NCBI GenBank assembly: GCA_951406725.2
Contig: OX597834.1
Location: 35,340,001-35,404,000, forward strand
DNA from: Octopus vulgaris
Taxonomy: Eukaryota
Direction: 5' to 3'
DNA: 64,000 nt
The notes under the pieces were generated by a model, which did not search any database, was not told the origin of the DNA, and saw only the letters and a list, made by a program, of their open reading frames with translations. The position numbers and the translations under genes are program-made. Positions 43,170-55,874 of the stretch are shown here, piece after piece (position 1 is the stretch's first letter; each line of letters opens with the position of its first letter).

Positions 43170-44165
43170 CCATCATCATCCGCCGGACGAAATGCGTAGC
43201 AGCTTTCGTCTGCCTTTACGTTCTGGGTTCAAATTCCGCCGAGGGCGACCGTGCCTTTTATCCTTTTTCGGGGTCGATAAAATAAGTACCAGTTGGGCAC
43301 TGGAGTCGATGTTGTCGACTAATGCCCTCCCCGAAATTTCAGGCCCTGGGCCTTTAGTAGAAAGGATTATTATTATCATTATTAAGGTAGCAAGCTGGCA
43401 GGATTGTTAGCACGCCGGACAAAATACTTTGTAGCATTTCATCCGTCTTCACGTTCTGAGTTCAAATTCCGCCGAGGTCTACTTTACCTTTCATCCTTTC
43501 AGGGCTGGTAAAATAAGTACAAGTTGAGTACTGGGGTCAACGTAATCGACTAGTCGCTTTCCTCAAAGTTTTAGGCCTTGTGCCTTTCGTACAGTGGTTT
43601 CCAATCTTTGGTTCGTGGACCCTTGGTGGTCCACAAAAGTAGAACTGGGGGTCTATGAACATGTTAAGCCGACAGACCTTTCAATTTCCTGGGGGTCTAT
43701 GGGAAAACTCATGGGAAATAAAAGGGGTCCTTGGTAGTGAAAAAGTTAGTAACCACTGCTTTAGTAGAAAGGATCAAATCCCGCCGAGGTGGACTTTGTT
43801 TTTCGACTCTTTCGAAGTCGATAAAAAGGGGAATCAGCCAAGAACTAGGATCGAAGTAACTGCATTGCCCCCTCCCTTAAAATTGCTGGCCTCGTACTAA
43901 AATTAGAAATAAATCTTAATTATGAGTAACAGCAGTATTTAGGGTGGGGAGCTGGCAGAATCGTTAGCACGCCGGGAAAATGCTTAGCGGCATTTCGTCC
44001 GTCTTTACGTTCTGAGTTCAAACGCCGCCGGGATCGACTTTGCCTTTTAACCTTTCAGGGTCAATAAAATAAATACCAGTAGAGCACTGGGGTCAATGTA
44101 ATCGACTTACCCCCTCTCCCAAAATTGCTGGCCTTGTGCCAAAATTTGAAACCAATACTATTATC
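43170..44165 (+). mobile_element. Head-to-tail cluster of four SINE family B copies
   Basis: Core repeats at ~43250, 43485, 43790 and 44040. Confidence 0.8.
43592..43758. mobile_element. hAT-type MITE inserted into a SINE tail
   Basis: TIRs cagtggtttccaa / ttagtaaccactg; 8-bp TSD ctttcgta / ctttagta. Confidence 0.75.
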
Positions 44166-44174
44166 ATTATATTA

Positions 44175-45200
44175 TTGAGGTGTTTTGCTGTCAGCACCCG
44201 TAGCTGAGGATGCGCAGATATGCGCCGAGGCTGCGATATCTCCAGCGATACCTTAATGGTGAGCAGGTGTGGTCGCCGTTTGAAGAAAGCAATTTTCTGC
44301 ATCTCGTCTCCTTGACGGAGCTACAGCCGTGGATCAGGCGTAACCCAAGGCAGGGTGCTTGGCACCAAGAGTGTCTGCAAGCGCTCACAGCCCTTGGCCA
44401 GTCGGTGGAAAGAGGATTAGTGGCGGGCAAGAGCGACGACGTACTTGAAGAGATCTTGGGCGTCGGGGTGGGGAAAGAGGAATCAACTGCCCGGTGTCTT
44501 TCGGAGGACTTTCGGGCCGGGAACTATAGATAACTTCCAGAAATCCCTGGCCTGGCAGTGCTACCGGACGGCGCTGCCAGTTCAAGATAAGCTCTACATG
44601 CACGGGTGTGCAGCCAGTCGGGTTTGTCCGAGATACACGCGGAGCGATGAAACCGTTCTGCATGCTCTCGTACAGTGTCCGCGCATTGCTGACTTGTAGA
44701 GCTTTGTCGAACAGTTATTGTCATGTGTAGGACGGATCCGGCTATCGTCCGAGTCCATTGTGAAGATCGCCCCGCCTCCTTCCTTTGGCCGGGAAGGGAG
44801 GGCAATTTCCCTCTGGTGGGTATGGCAAAAGAGGCTCCTTCCTCTTTGGCCAATGCCTCATTGACTTTTTCAGGTTCCTCCAGAAAAATGAGTTCGTTGA
44901 AAGGTGGGTGAATATTACAAGAATGACCCACGTGAATAGGCCTACGCTAAGCGTGCGCCTGTAGGCCGGATGGAAGGGAGAGGAGAGAGTGCCTTCTTGA
45001 GGAGCCTTTGGTGTTAGGGGGTCCAAAGTGCGTGAGCTCTTGTTGGTCACCTTACGGTGGAACTCCCTGCTGTTAGGGAAGCATATTGTTGGTTTAATCT
45101 CTTTGTTAATCGTTGTTTGTTGGCTGTTTACACGTTCAACCTCACTGTCCCTCGTCTATGTATCGTCCTCTATACATATGTATCATTTATGTATCGTCCT
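44175..45200 (+). mobile_element. L1/Tx1-like LINE 3' fragment
   Basis: SLAWQCYRTALPVQDKL..VCPR...DETVLHALVQCP resembles the C-terminal CCHC (zf-RVT) region; frameshifted. Confidence 0.75.
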
Positions 45201-45399
45201 CGCGCGGTGGGATTGAACACGGAACCACGTGTGGGATGATAGAAACAATCTTGTGGGATGATAGATACGGCATAGCGGGTCTTTACGGAAAGTCCTATAG
45301 TAATTTAGTTACGATCCCGTACCATAAAAGTTCGAATTCTATCACTGTCAACTTTGCTTTTCAGTCCATCGAAGTTAAGACAATGTTTCGGTATTAATA

Positions 45400-45483
45400 T
45401 ATGACGTCAGTCACGTGTGCATATCTGTGTTTGTTAAGCTTTGCAGAGCAGATTAAAGACACTATCACACTTGTGACGTCATA
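45400..45483. promoter_or_regulatory. Paired full CRE sites plus E-box
   Basis: TGACGTCA at 45402-45409 and 45474-45481; GTCACGTG at 45410-45417. Confidence 0.45.
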
Positions 45484-45526
45484 GACTTTTACCGAAAGAT
45501 TTCCCTCTCCCACACACAAAAAAAAA

Positions 45527-45808
45527 AGTACAGAAAGACTTCCTTTTTGGACCCCCACCTCGTAAAATTACGTATATTCATGTCTTAAATTGCCTCACTC
45601 TACGAAGTTTGCCTAACCTTGGGACATGAACACACATAATACAGAAATGAAGTCTTCTTTTCTTAATAGAAATTCTTAATTTTTAATATGTTCTCGTCAT
45701 TATTATTATAAGACATGGTAGGAAAACAATTTTCTACCATGTGTAATATTTCTTTTTTTAAAATTTTAACGGAAGTTGGGGTACAAAAGTAGTCTTTCCA
45801 AAAGTACC
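45527..45808. mobile_element. Degenerate palindromic MITE
   Basis: Inverted ends gtacagaaagacttcctttttggaccccc / ttggggtacaaaagtagtctttccaaaagtac; internal palindrome acatggtaggaaa..ttttctaccatgt. Confidence 0.5.
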
Positions 45809-45932
45809 ACTAATCTATTTTACTTGTTGTTTCCCTAGCTGCAGACTTAAAATCCCCTAAAATATTCAACCTATGACCATCTATTTTTCTGTCAGACACA
45901 GGTGCTCCCGACTACATAATCCAATATGTATA

Positions 45933-46140
45933 CTCTTTACTCTTTTACTTGTTTCAGTCATTTGACTGCGGCCATGCTGGAGCACCGCCTTTAGTCGAGC
46001 AAATCGACCCCGGGACTTATTCTTTGTAAGCCCAGTACTTATTCTATTGGTCTCTTTTGCCAAACCGCTAACTGACGGGGACGTAAACACACCAGCATCG
46101 GTTGTCAAGCAATGCTAGGGGGACAAACACAGACACACAA

Positions 46141-46190
<50 letters not shown>

Positions 46191-46353
46191 GACAGGCTTC
46201 TTTCAGTTTCCGTCTACCAAATCCTCTCACAAAGCATTGGTCGACCCGGGGCTATAGCAGAGGACACTTGCCCAAGATGCCACGCAGTGGGACTGAACCC
46301 GGAACCATGTGGTTGGTTAGCAAGCTACTTACCACACAGCCACTCCTGCGCCT
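45933..46353 (-). mobile_element. SINE family A copy
   Basis: Reverse complement of 59978-60376. Confidence 0.85.
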
Positions 46354-46979
46354 ATATATATATTTTTTTGTGAAGACAGCATCGCGAGGTGCGGTTGCTA
46401 TTGTAGAATTTGAGGGAGATTTAGTTGCTATTTCCAGCATGTTGAACGACCAGGGAGGGGCTCCTTTGTTAATTCACCAGCAGCAACATTTTTTCTTCTT
46501 ATCGCCCCAAATAAATGTGTGGTAGTCTCGTGTTGAGAAATTATTATTATGAAACTTGTGTGTTGCAGAAGTTAAGGCGAATCCGGGTTCGATCCTCACT
46601 TAGAAGCCAGTTTCTAGTTAACTTCACCGCGGCATTGGCCCTTATTAAGGTTACAGGATATCACACAACCCAGCCTCTAAATCAATGTTTCTTAACCATT
46701 TTTTTCTCTTTCCCCTATTTTACTCTATTGGACCCTCCTAGCCCCATTTGATGTTGTTTTTTTTAATTGATGTAATTTTTTATAATTAAATATTAGGAAT
46801 TGTATTAAAAAAATTAAAAACATTCTGTGTATTGGAGACGTATAACTGATTTATTGCAGTTAAATTTTAACAACAAAATCTTATAGGGACCCCCCCCCCC
46901 CGAGGGGCCATATGGAATCCAGTTGAAAACAACTGATCTGAATTAATTAGTAGTCTTGTGTAAGATATTTATCATTTCT

Positions 46980-47420
46980 CCAATTAATTAATGGTTTTAT
47001 GCCCGGCTAAAACAATTCCGATCTGATTAATGAGTCTCGTGCGAGAAAGCCGGCTTCGAAACAATAATTTCACAATTATATCGCTAATAAATAGACCTAT
47101 GAGGAAAAGGATCAACGCCACCACACCTCTTCCTAAGGCTGTGCACCCCCAAAGAAACATTATATTTAACAACAGAATTTAGCGAAATTAATTTATTTAA
47201 CGAACTCCCTTTCACTTAATTTCACTAATGAAGCCCTTCTATATATATTGACTGATGGTCGCGGCCGCGGCGGATGGGATTAAGCGTTAATTTCACAAAC
47301 CCCCATTTACAGTTATTAGCAATAATAAACTCGTTTGGGAAATTTAAAATAATTACATAAACCAAACGGACTAACTAATCAACTCTCCTTCCTTTCAACT
47401 GATTAATAACGAAAAAACAA
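46980..47420. promoter_or_regulatory. Homeodomain-site-rich, CpG-rich proximal enhancer candidate
   Basis: Many TAATTA/TAATGA/TGATTA motifs, GGATTAAG and GCGGCCGCGGCGG, ~0.9-1.2 kb upstream of the TATA. Confidence 0.4.
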
Positions 47421-47517
47421 AAAATAAAATAAAGTAATTTTCTTTGTTTTAAAAATGTCGTCACTTTAGCTCATTAATATGAAAGTCTGAAAATTAGTTT
47501 CCTTGTCGACACCATAG

Positions 47518-47548
<31 letters not shown>

Positions 47549-47570
47549 GTAGTAGTAGTAGTAGTAGTAG

Positions 47571-47602
<32 letters not shown>

Positions 47603-47661
47603 ATAATAATAATAATAATAACAATAATGATAACAATAATAATAATAATAATGATAACAAC

Positions 47662-47709
<48 letters not shown>

Positions 47710-48209
47710 TCGCATACATTTTATTTTTTTTTCGCTTGTTTTATTGTGTTTTATATTATTTTTGTTTTAATTACCATAGTTGAAATGAATACTAACTGGA
47801 CTACTATTGAAAAACTACTTTCGAAAATGAAGTAGAAAAGAAAAAAGAAAAGAGAAAAGAAGTCGGAGTTTTATGTTTAAATGTATTATTATGTGCGGTT
47901 TGGTGAGAAGTTAAAAATAAATATTTATTTAAATGTCTGGGAGAAAATTCAGACACCGACGCGAGGATAGAAAAAAGGCTTCGGAATGAATAAAACTAGT
48001 TGGGGTGTGGGAAGGAAAGAAAGAAGAAAGGAAGGAAGGAATAACGAAAAAACGAAAAAAAAAAAGAATTCAAATGAGGGAAGAAAAAAAACCCAACAAC
48101 ACAAAAACAAAAAAAAAAAATTACAGAAGACAAAAGAATTGATATTGAGGGTCGCGGGTGGGTTGACGAGCTAAGCAAACACTACCAGTTCTTTGGGCTT
48201 TTGCTACCA

Positions 48210-48262
48210 CCGGAAGAAGCAGTTTATATAATACACACAGTACTACTAGCAATTCCAGTTAG
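48210..48262 (+). promoter_or_regulatory. Core promoter of the BEN-domain gene (Ets site, TATA box, Inr)
   Basis: CCGGAAG at 48210, TATATAA at 48225-48231, and an Inr-like CCAGTT whose A (48257) is 32 nt after the first T of the TATA; a strong splice donor follows 37 nt later. Confidence 0.6.
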
Positions 48263-48294
48263 CTGCACTTCAGTAAACAGTCATTCATACAAAG
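48257..48294 (+). other. Non-coding first exon (5'UTR) of the BEN-domain gene
   Basis: Starts at the predicted Inr, ends AAG|GTAGGT (48294|48295) and has no ATG. The next strong acceptor I recognised is 54845, 4 nt before the start ATG. Confidence 0.55.
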
Positions 48295-49460
48295 GTAGGT
48301 AGAACTTCATCTAAAAAAAACCCAGAGAAAATAATAATAGTAATAATAAATGTCTAAGACGGCCAAGATTTTGCTGTATGTATATATATATATATAAATA
48401 TATACATGATATTCAATTTGATACCGCTGCTGCTGCAGTTAGAGCAGAATTAAGACACCGACTACAGCTTCCACGGCAGCATAATAGATCTGTAGTTCTT
48501 GCCCTGTTGTTTTAGCCTTCTTTAGCATTCCGTACATAGTTGCCTGGTTGAGCTTAGCATTCGCAACGAGTGAAAATTCAGTCCATTTGAATACATTAGT
48601 CATTTGTTACGTTATGTGTGTTTATAATTTAACAAAAAAAAAATATATATATTAAATCACGTATTTCAAGAAAATTAATTACACGAAAGAGAGAAAGGAG
48701 GAACAGATTTAAAAAAGAAAAACACACGCGAATTACCGATTGTCTAGGAATAAGAATAAAAAAAGATAGCAAGATTTATACAACCATGCTAACAATTGCT
48801 ATTTCAATTTAGGTCAACTTGCAACATGGCTGAGTTTATTAAAAAAAATAATAATAATATATATATTATATATATTTATATATATCTTTCCTATTTTCAC
48901 GGCGGATGAGATTATTATTATTTAATTATTTTAAATCGTTCAATGTTATTCCAACTTCTGAAATCTGTGAAAAAAAAAAGTATTAAAAAAGGGTGAAAAA
49001 TAAAATTGTGTCTATGTGACCAATCAAGAATTTATTTTATTCTAGAAGTTGGGAATTAATATTTTTATATAATTATAAATTATTTCACTATTTTATCTCT
49101 CCTTTAAGGCGTTTAAAAATTATACTTGACGAAACGTTTACAGAATACATTACTACGCTGCCTCCAGGATTGTCGCTCACTTGGAATGGAAAGCAAGGCT
49201 GAGGTGTAGAGTTCGAATTTGGATATTGACAGGATGGAAAATAGACAGTCATTGATTAGGTGCAGGCGTGACTGTGGTTAAGAATCTTGCTTCCCAGTTA
49301 CAAGGTCTTGAGTTCAAGCCCTACTGTTAGCAACTTGGGCAAGTATTTTCTAGTATAGACTCAAGCTGATCAAAACCTTGTGAGTTCATTTGGTAGAAGG
49401 AAACTGAAAGAAGCCTATGAGGTGTATATATTTATATACATATATATATGTGTGTGTGTG

Positions 49461-49510
<50 letters not shown>

Positions 49511-50475
49511 GCAGTGTCCCCAGCATAACTTCAGCGATGGCTTGAAAGCTGAAAAATAAAATAAGGCGTGGCTGTGTGGTAGTAAGCTTTCTTCCCAACC
49601 ACATGGTTCCAGGTTCAGTCCCACTGCGTGGCATCTTGGGCAAAATGTCTTCTATGACAGCCTTGGCTTGATCAAAGCCTCACGAGTAGATTTGATAGAC
49701 AGAAACTGAAAGGGGCCCGCCATGTGTGTGTGTGTATGGGGTGTGCTTTCCCTACCTCCGGCTCCTTGACAACTGGTGTTGACATGTTTACGTCCCCATA
49801 ATTTTGCAGTTCGGCAAAAGAAACTGATAGAATAAATACCAGGCGTTAAAAGGGAAAAATATAAGTACCAAGTTCGATTCATTCGACTAAAAATTCTTGA
49901 CGACGGTGCCCCAGCATGGCCGCAGTCTAATGACTGAAACAAGTTACAGATAAAAGATACATATATATATATTTATATATACATATGTATGTATGTATAT
50001 TTTATTCTGTAACAAGAATAGTGTTGACAGTGGCACCTTGGGCAAGTTTCTTTTACTACAACCATGAGGTGACCAAAGAAGCCTGTCACATGTATATATA
50101 AAAAGCAGTGCTGTAGTATGGCCTCAGCCTCTGGTTGAAACAAGAATAAAAGATACATACATATGTATATGTATATATGTATGCAGCACCGCCTTCAGTC
50201 AAAGAAATCAACCCCAGGACTTATTCTTTGTAAGCCTAGTACTTATTCTATCAGTCTCTTTTGCTGAACTGCTAACACCAACATCAGTAGTCAAGTGATG
50301 TGGGCGGGTGGGGGGGGAGGCAAACACAGACACAAATACACACATATGTTATATATGATGGGCTTCTTTCATTTTCCGTCTACCAAATCTACTCACAAGA
50401 CTTTGGTCTCCCGAAGCTATAGACACACCAACACCAACTGGTGTGCTTACATCAGTGGTGGGGGCTATACACTCA

Positions 50476-50531
<56 letters not shown>

Positions 50532-51099
50532 TACATAGGACAGGCTTCTTTTACTTTCTGTCTACCAAATCTACTCACAAAGCTTTGGTTGGCCCAAGGA
50601 TATAGTAGAAGATACTTGCCCAAGGTGCTGTGCAGTGGGACTGAATCCAGAACCATGTGGTTGGAAAGCAAGCTTCTTATCACACAGCCACGCCTGTGCC
50701 TGTATATATATATATATATATATATATGTAATGGGTAAAGATTCCTTTTGGTCATGAATGACCATGGGATTGCACCTAGAAAGTTATCCTCCCAGGCACA
50801 AGTCCAGGCAAGGTTGTTTATGGAAGACCAGCAGTCGCCCATGCATACCAGCCTCCCCTCTCCATGACACCAATGTTATCCAAAGGAAAGGCAAACACTG
50901 ATACAGGCTTGGTACCAGTGACATCGCAACTCATTTCTACAGCTAAGTGAACTGGAGCAACATGAAATAAAGTGTCTTGCTCAAGAACAACACAGAGTCC
51001 AGCATGGGACTTGAACTTACTACTTCATGATTGTAAACCCAGCACTCTAACCACTGACCCATGCACCTATATATATATACACACATTTATATATATACA

Positions 51100-52348
51100 T
51101 AGGGTGTGAAAAGTAAATTGTCACCATTTTGTTTTTGATTTTGTTGACTACACAGTATAGTAGGGTCAGTTGGGCACTGTCTGTGAGAAACACAGCACCC
51201 TGATGCAATTCATTCTGCCAGAAATTTGGAAATTACATGCTGTACTGCTTGGCATTTGTGCCAGAAGCTCCAATACGAACATTTAAGGGTGTTTGGGTGT
51301 TAATCTGAGGAAAGCGCAGAGGATTTGGAAAGGGTTGAATGAGTCTAATGGTGATTACGAAGATACGGCAGCTTGAAAAACGCATTCTGATTGTTATGAT
51401 AAGAAAAGAATTCCTGAATTGGTTGGTGAGATCCAGGCCATGATTGACATCGATCCCTCCATGTCAATCAGGTCCATTGCCATGGATATGGGAGTGTCTG
51501 AGTTTCTTATCAGGCAGGTAGTGCATGAAGACATTCAGTATTCCTCATGCAAGATGAGAAAGGGCCAATTTTTATCTCAAGCCATCAAGGGCAACAGGAA
51601 AGACCATGCTACAAAGTTTTTGAACAAACTCAAACATCCCCTCCAACTGAAATGCTTTGGTTTTTCTCAGACAAGAAAAATCTCTGCCAGGATCAGATGA
51701 ATATACAGAACAATCGTTGGCTTGTTGTGTCCCCAAGACATGTACCAAGAGTGATAAAAATCAAACATCCAGTCAACATCATAGTGTTTGGAGTGATCAC
51801 TAGTGATGGCGATGTTATGCCCCCATCCATCTTCCCACTTAGCCTCAGACTCAACACGGAGGCCTACATCAAGTGCCTGGAGGAGGTGGTATTGCCCTGG
51901 GTCAACAGGGTGGCCACTGGAAGACCCTATGTCTGGCAACAGGACTTTGCACCATGCCACACAAGCAGGAGAACCAAGTCATGGCTGTCAGATAATTTCT
52001 GTGACCACATCACCCCTAAGACCTGGCCACTTAACTCTCCAGACTGCAACTCCCTTGATTAATACGTGTGGGGGGCAGTTGAGCGAGAGACCAACAAAAC
52101 TTGTAAGACCAAAGGTGAACTGAAGGCAAGGATTATGGCAGCATTCACCAACTGTAACAAGGAGATCATGTAGAAGAGTTGCAGGAGATTCCAAAGTTGT
52201 CTGGAGGCCGTGGTTGAAGCCAATGGCGATTTTATTGAATAAATTTACTCTTTAATAGTTCAAGATATTTTTATGTAATTTTGGTAAATATATCTGTTAA
52301 AATGAGATGTCAGTGTTATTTACATGACAATTTATTCACCGCACCCTG
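51100..52348 (+). mobile_element. Near full-length decayed Tc1/mariner transposon, DD37D (maT-type)
   Basis: Imperfect TIRs agggtgtgaaaagtaaattgtca / tgacaatttattcaccgcaccctg. Frameshifted transposase with WFFSD, WQQDFAPCH and WPLNSPDCNSLD; 37 residues between the 2nd and 3rd catalytic D; internal stops. Confidence 0.9.
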
Positions 52349-52536
52349 TGTGTGTGTATGTAGATCGTTAGCCACTACACACATTTTTTTCTCTCCTTGT
52401 TTTTTCTGTGTCCCTTTCTGTAGAAGAGTGTACGCTCGAAACGTAAAAGACTTTTTCTATTCCTGAGCATTATACTAATACATGTGTTTGTTTTGTACAC
52501 CACCTGTCTTCGACTTTTGTTATTTTCGTAAACTCT

Positions 52537-52613
<77 letters not shown>

Positions 52614-52994
52614 ATAATTATGGTATTCTCTAACAAGGATAATATTAACAATGTCTGTCACATCAAAAGGCATGTTTTAAATATGGCTTCATTAAAACAA
52701 AGCAAAAAATTTTTAATGAAAATGGCTGGGAGGGTGTAATTGGTACCACTTGTCAGGACTATTCATTCCATAATTGTCACCAGTAGAACCATCACCACTT
52801 GCAACTGTACTTGCACGGCTATAGTCATCATCATCATCATTGTGATGTTTCCACTGCCGCTTGTATGACATCCATCTAACTTTGGTTGGTTCAGTTCTGT
52901 TGTTTATAATTATGTAACTAAAACTGGGTGGCTTGGGAATGTGCTACATGCCAGTCCTTAATACTGATAAAACGATATAGTAATCATAATAATA

Positions 52995-53200
52995 ATTTTG
53001 GCACAAGGTCAGCCGTTTTATGGGATGAGGCCAAGCCAGTTACATCGACCCCAGTGTTTGACTGGTACTCCTTTTATTGACCTCAAAAGGATGAAAGGCA
53101 TAGCTGGCTTTGGCAGAATTTGAACTCAGAAACGTAAAGACAGATGAAATGCCATTAAACATTTTGCCTGGCATGCTAATGATTCTGCCAGTTCACCACC

Positions 53201-53235
<35 letters not shown>

Positions 53236-54204
53236 CCTTTCTACTAAATGCACGAGGCCTGAAATTTGGCATTGTTTATCTTGATGTTAAATGATGATGA
53301 TGATGCCTAAAAAGATGAAAGGCAAAGCTGACTCTGGCGGGATTTAACTTCTTCCAATATAGTCACGAGCCCACAAATGTTTTCAACACTGGTATATGAC
53401 TGGTATTTATTAACCTCAGAAGAATGAAATGAAAAATTGGTCTTCGTTGGATTTGAACCTGAAATGTTATCTACCGATTCTGCCACCTGATAAGTAATAA
53501 TTATTTCAAATTTTTGCCGCAAGGGCAGCTTGGGGGAGGTGGGGGATGAGTCGATTACATCGACCCTAGTATGCAACTGGTACTTATTTTATTGACCTTG
53601 AAAGAATGAAAAGCAAAGTTGACCTCAGCAGAATTTGAACTCAGAATGTAACGACAGGTGAAATACCTCTAAGCATTTTGTCCAGCTTGCTGCCTTCACT
53701 TTGCAAGTTATGATTTTTAGCTTTACCTGAAAGTTGCAAATCTGATGAGGAGTACAGCTGATGTAAGCAATCGTTAGTACGTGACTAGTAGTTTATGTTA
53801 TTGACCTGTTTTATAGCCACAGGCATAGCTGTGAGGCTTAAGAAGCTTGTTTCCCAATCATAAAGTCTGGAGCTAAGGTTTAAATTTTGGCACAAGGTCG
53901 GCAATTTTGGGAGTGAGTTTAAGTTGATTACACTGACACCCCCCCTCCTCCTAGTGTTCAGTTGGCATTTATTTTATCAACCATGAAAGGAGGAAAGGCA
54001 AAGTCCACCTTGGTGGAATTTGAACTCAGAAGGTAAAGACAGACAAAATGCTGGTAAGCACTTAGCCTGGCATGCTTTCAATTCTACCAGCTCACTGCCT
54101 CAATAATAATAATAATAATAATGATAGTAATAATAATAATAATAATGATAATAATAATAATGATAATAATGATAATAATAATAATAATGATAATAATAAT
54201 AATG

Positions 54205-54235
<31 letters not shown>

Positions 54236-54750
54236 TAATAATAATAATAGTAATAATAATAATAATGATAATAATAATAATAGTAATAATAATAATGATA
54301 ATAATAATAATAGTAATAATAATAATGATAATAATAATAATAGTAATAATAATAATAATAATAAAATAATAATTCTTTCTTACTATAGGTACAAAGCCTG
54401 AAATGTAGGGGAAGGGGATAGAGGATTACATCGACCCCAGTACTCAACTGGTACTTGATTTATCGATCCCGAAAGGATGAAAGGCAAAGTTGACCCTGGC
54501 AGAATTTGAACTCAGAACGTAATGGCAGAAATCCTTTCTACTATAGGCACATGACCTGAAGTTTTTTAGGGGAGGGGACTAGTTGATTACATTAACCCCC
54601 CCAGTGTTTCTCAGGTACTTAATTTATTGACCCTGAAAGGATGAAAGGCAAAGTTGACCTTGGCGGAACTTGAACTCAGCACGTAGCGACAGACGAAATA
54701 CCACCAAGCATTTCGCCCAACATACTAACAATTCTGCTAGCTCGCTGCCT
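52995..54750 (-). mobile_element. Cluster of family B SINEs upstream of the first coding exon
   Basis: aaaggatgaaaggcaaagttgacc core at ~53090, 53605, 53990, 54475 and 54640, interspersed with (AAT)n. Confidence 0.8.
54102..54365. repeat. (AAT)n microsatellite (similar tract at 47520-47710)
   Basis: Direct reading. Confidence 0.95.
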
Positions 54751-54849
54751 CCACTAACAACAACAGCAACAACAACAGTAATAATAATAACAGCAGCAAC
54801 AACAACAACAATAATATTTTTTTTCTGTGTTATCTCTTTGAACAGGCAA

Positions 54850-55015
54850 ATGTCAGAACCTCAAGTTATGTACATAAAAACAGAAGACGATGATGATGAT
54901 GATAACAAAGAGAATTTAAAGAAGAAAATAAAATACTTAGAAGAAGAGAATGATACGTTGAAGAAAGCTCTTGAACAGCTCCAACAGCTGCAAGGCAAAT
55001 GTTGCGACTGGTGTG
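54850..55015 (+). CDS. BEN-domain protein, coding exon 1 (acidic tract + coiled coil)
   Basis: Acceptor ttttctgtgttatctctttgaacag|GCAAATG (exon starts 54846). Encodes MSEPQVMYIKTEDDDDDDNKENLKKKIKYLEEENDTLKKALEQLQQLQGKCCDWC. Donor G|GTAAGC, phase 1. Confidence 0.85.
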
Positions 55016-55142
55016 GTAAGCAGGCTCTTTTATAAGCTCAGGTCACGTTGTTGTTTTTCAAAAAAAACTGCTAAGGTTTTACTCCCCCTCTCTAGATTTC
55101 TGTCTCAATATTACACATCCATGCCTATTTTCTAGCTGTTTA

Positions 55143-55591
55143 TGAGAGGGTGCTGAAAAGTTCTTGGCTTTGGGTAAAAAGTTAAATACAGGGGGTTCAT
55201 TTAATTATGATTTTATTCAACACACGTAAAAAGCACCATCTGATCGTGGCCGCCTGCCAGCCTCGTCTGGCACGTAAAAAGCACCCACTACACTCACGGA
55301 GTGGTTGGCGTTAGGAAGGCCATCCAGCTGTAGAAACACTGCCAGATCAGACTGGGCCTGGTGCAGCCTTCTGGCTCCCCAGACCCCAGTTGAACCGTCC
55401 AACCCATGCTAGCATGGAAAGCGGACGCTAAACGATGATGATGATGAAGACATATTCCCCTCTCAGATTCACATACTTATCACAGCAGTCCTTCAGTTTT
55501 TCTAAGCCCTGTAAAAGAACTTGGGAGGTTGGGCCTCCAACCAGGCCTTTTGTGATACCCTTAAAACCAGGGACATTTCAGCAACCCCTCG
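55143..55591. mobile_element. Mariner-type MITE interrupted by an RTE-tailed SINE (related copy 31635-31845)
   Basis: TIRs gagggtgctgaaaagtt / atttcagcaacccctc; insert at ~55220-55447 ends in (GAT)n. Confidence 0.65.
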
Positions 55592-55874
55592 CACCTGCTT
55601 ATTTTCTGTCTGTCTGTCTGTCTATCTGTGCATCTTTATACTCATATTACTGCATGGTACTTTGGGCAAGTGTCTTCCTCTGTAGCTTTGGGCTGACTGA
55701 AGCCTTGTGATTCAATTTGGTTGGCGGAAGTTTCTGTTGTGTGTGTACATGTGTGTGGAAGTGCTTGTGCCTCCAAAGAGGGAGGAGGGAAGAAACTACC
55801 TCACTTGGGAAGAGGTGGGGGGGTTGGCAGCAGGAAGGGCATCCGGCTGTAGAAAGCTTACCACACGGATAATA

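Noticed and set aside
48420-48600. Possible intronic miRNA/snoRNA hairpin
   Set aside because: Only a 7-bp inverted repeat; no mature miRNA or C/D box set that I recognise
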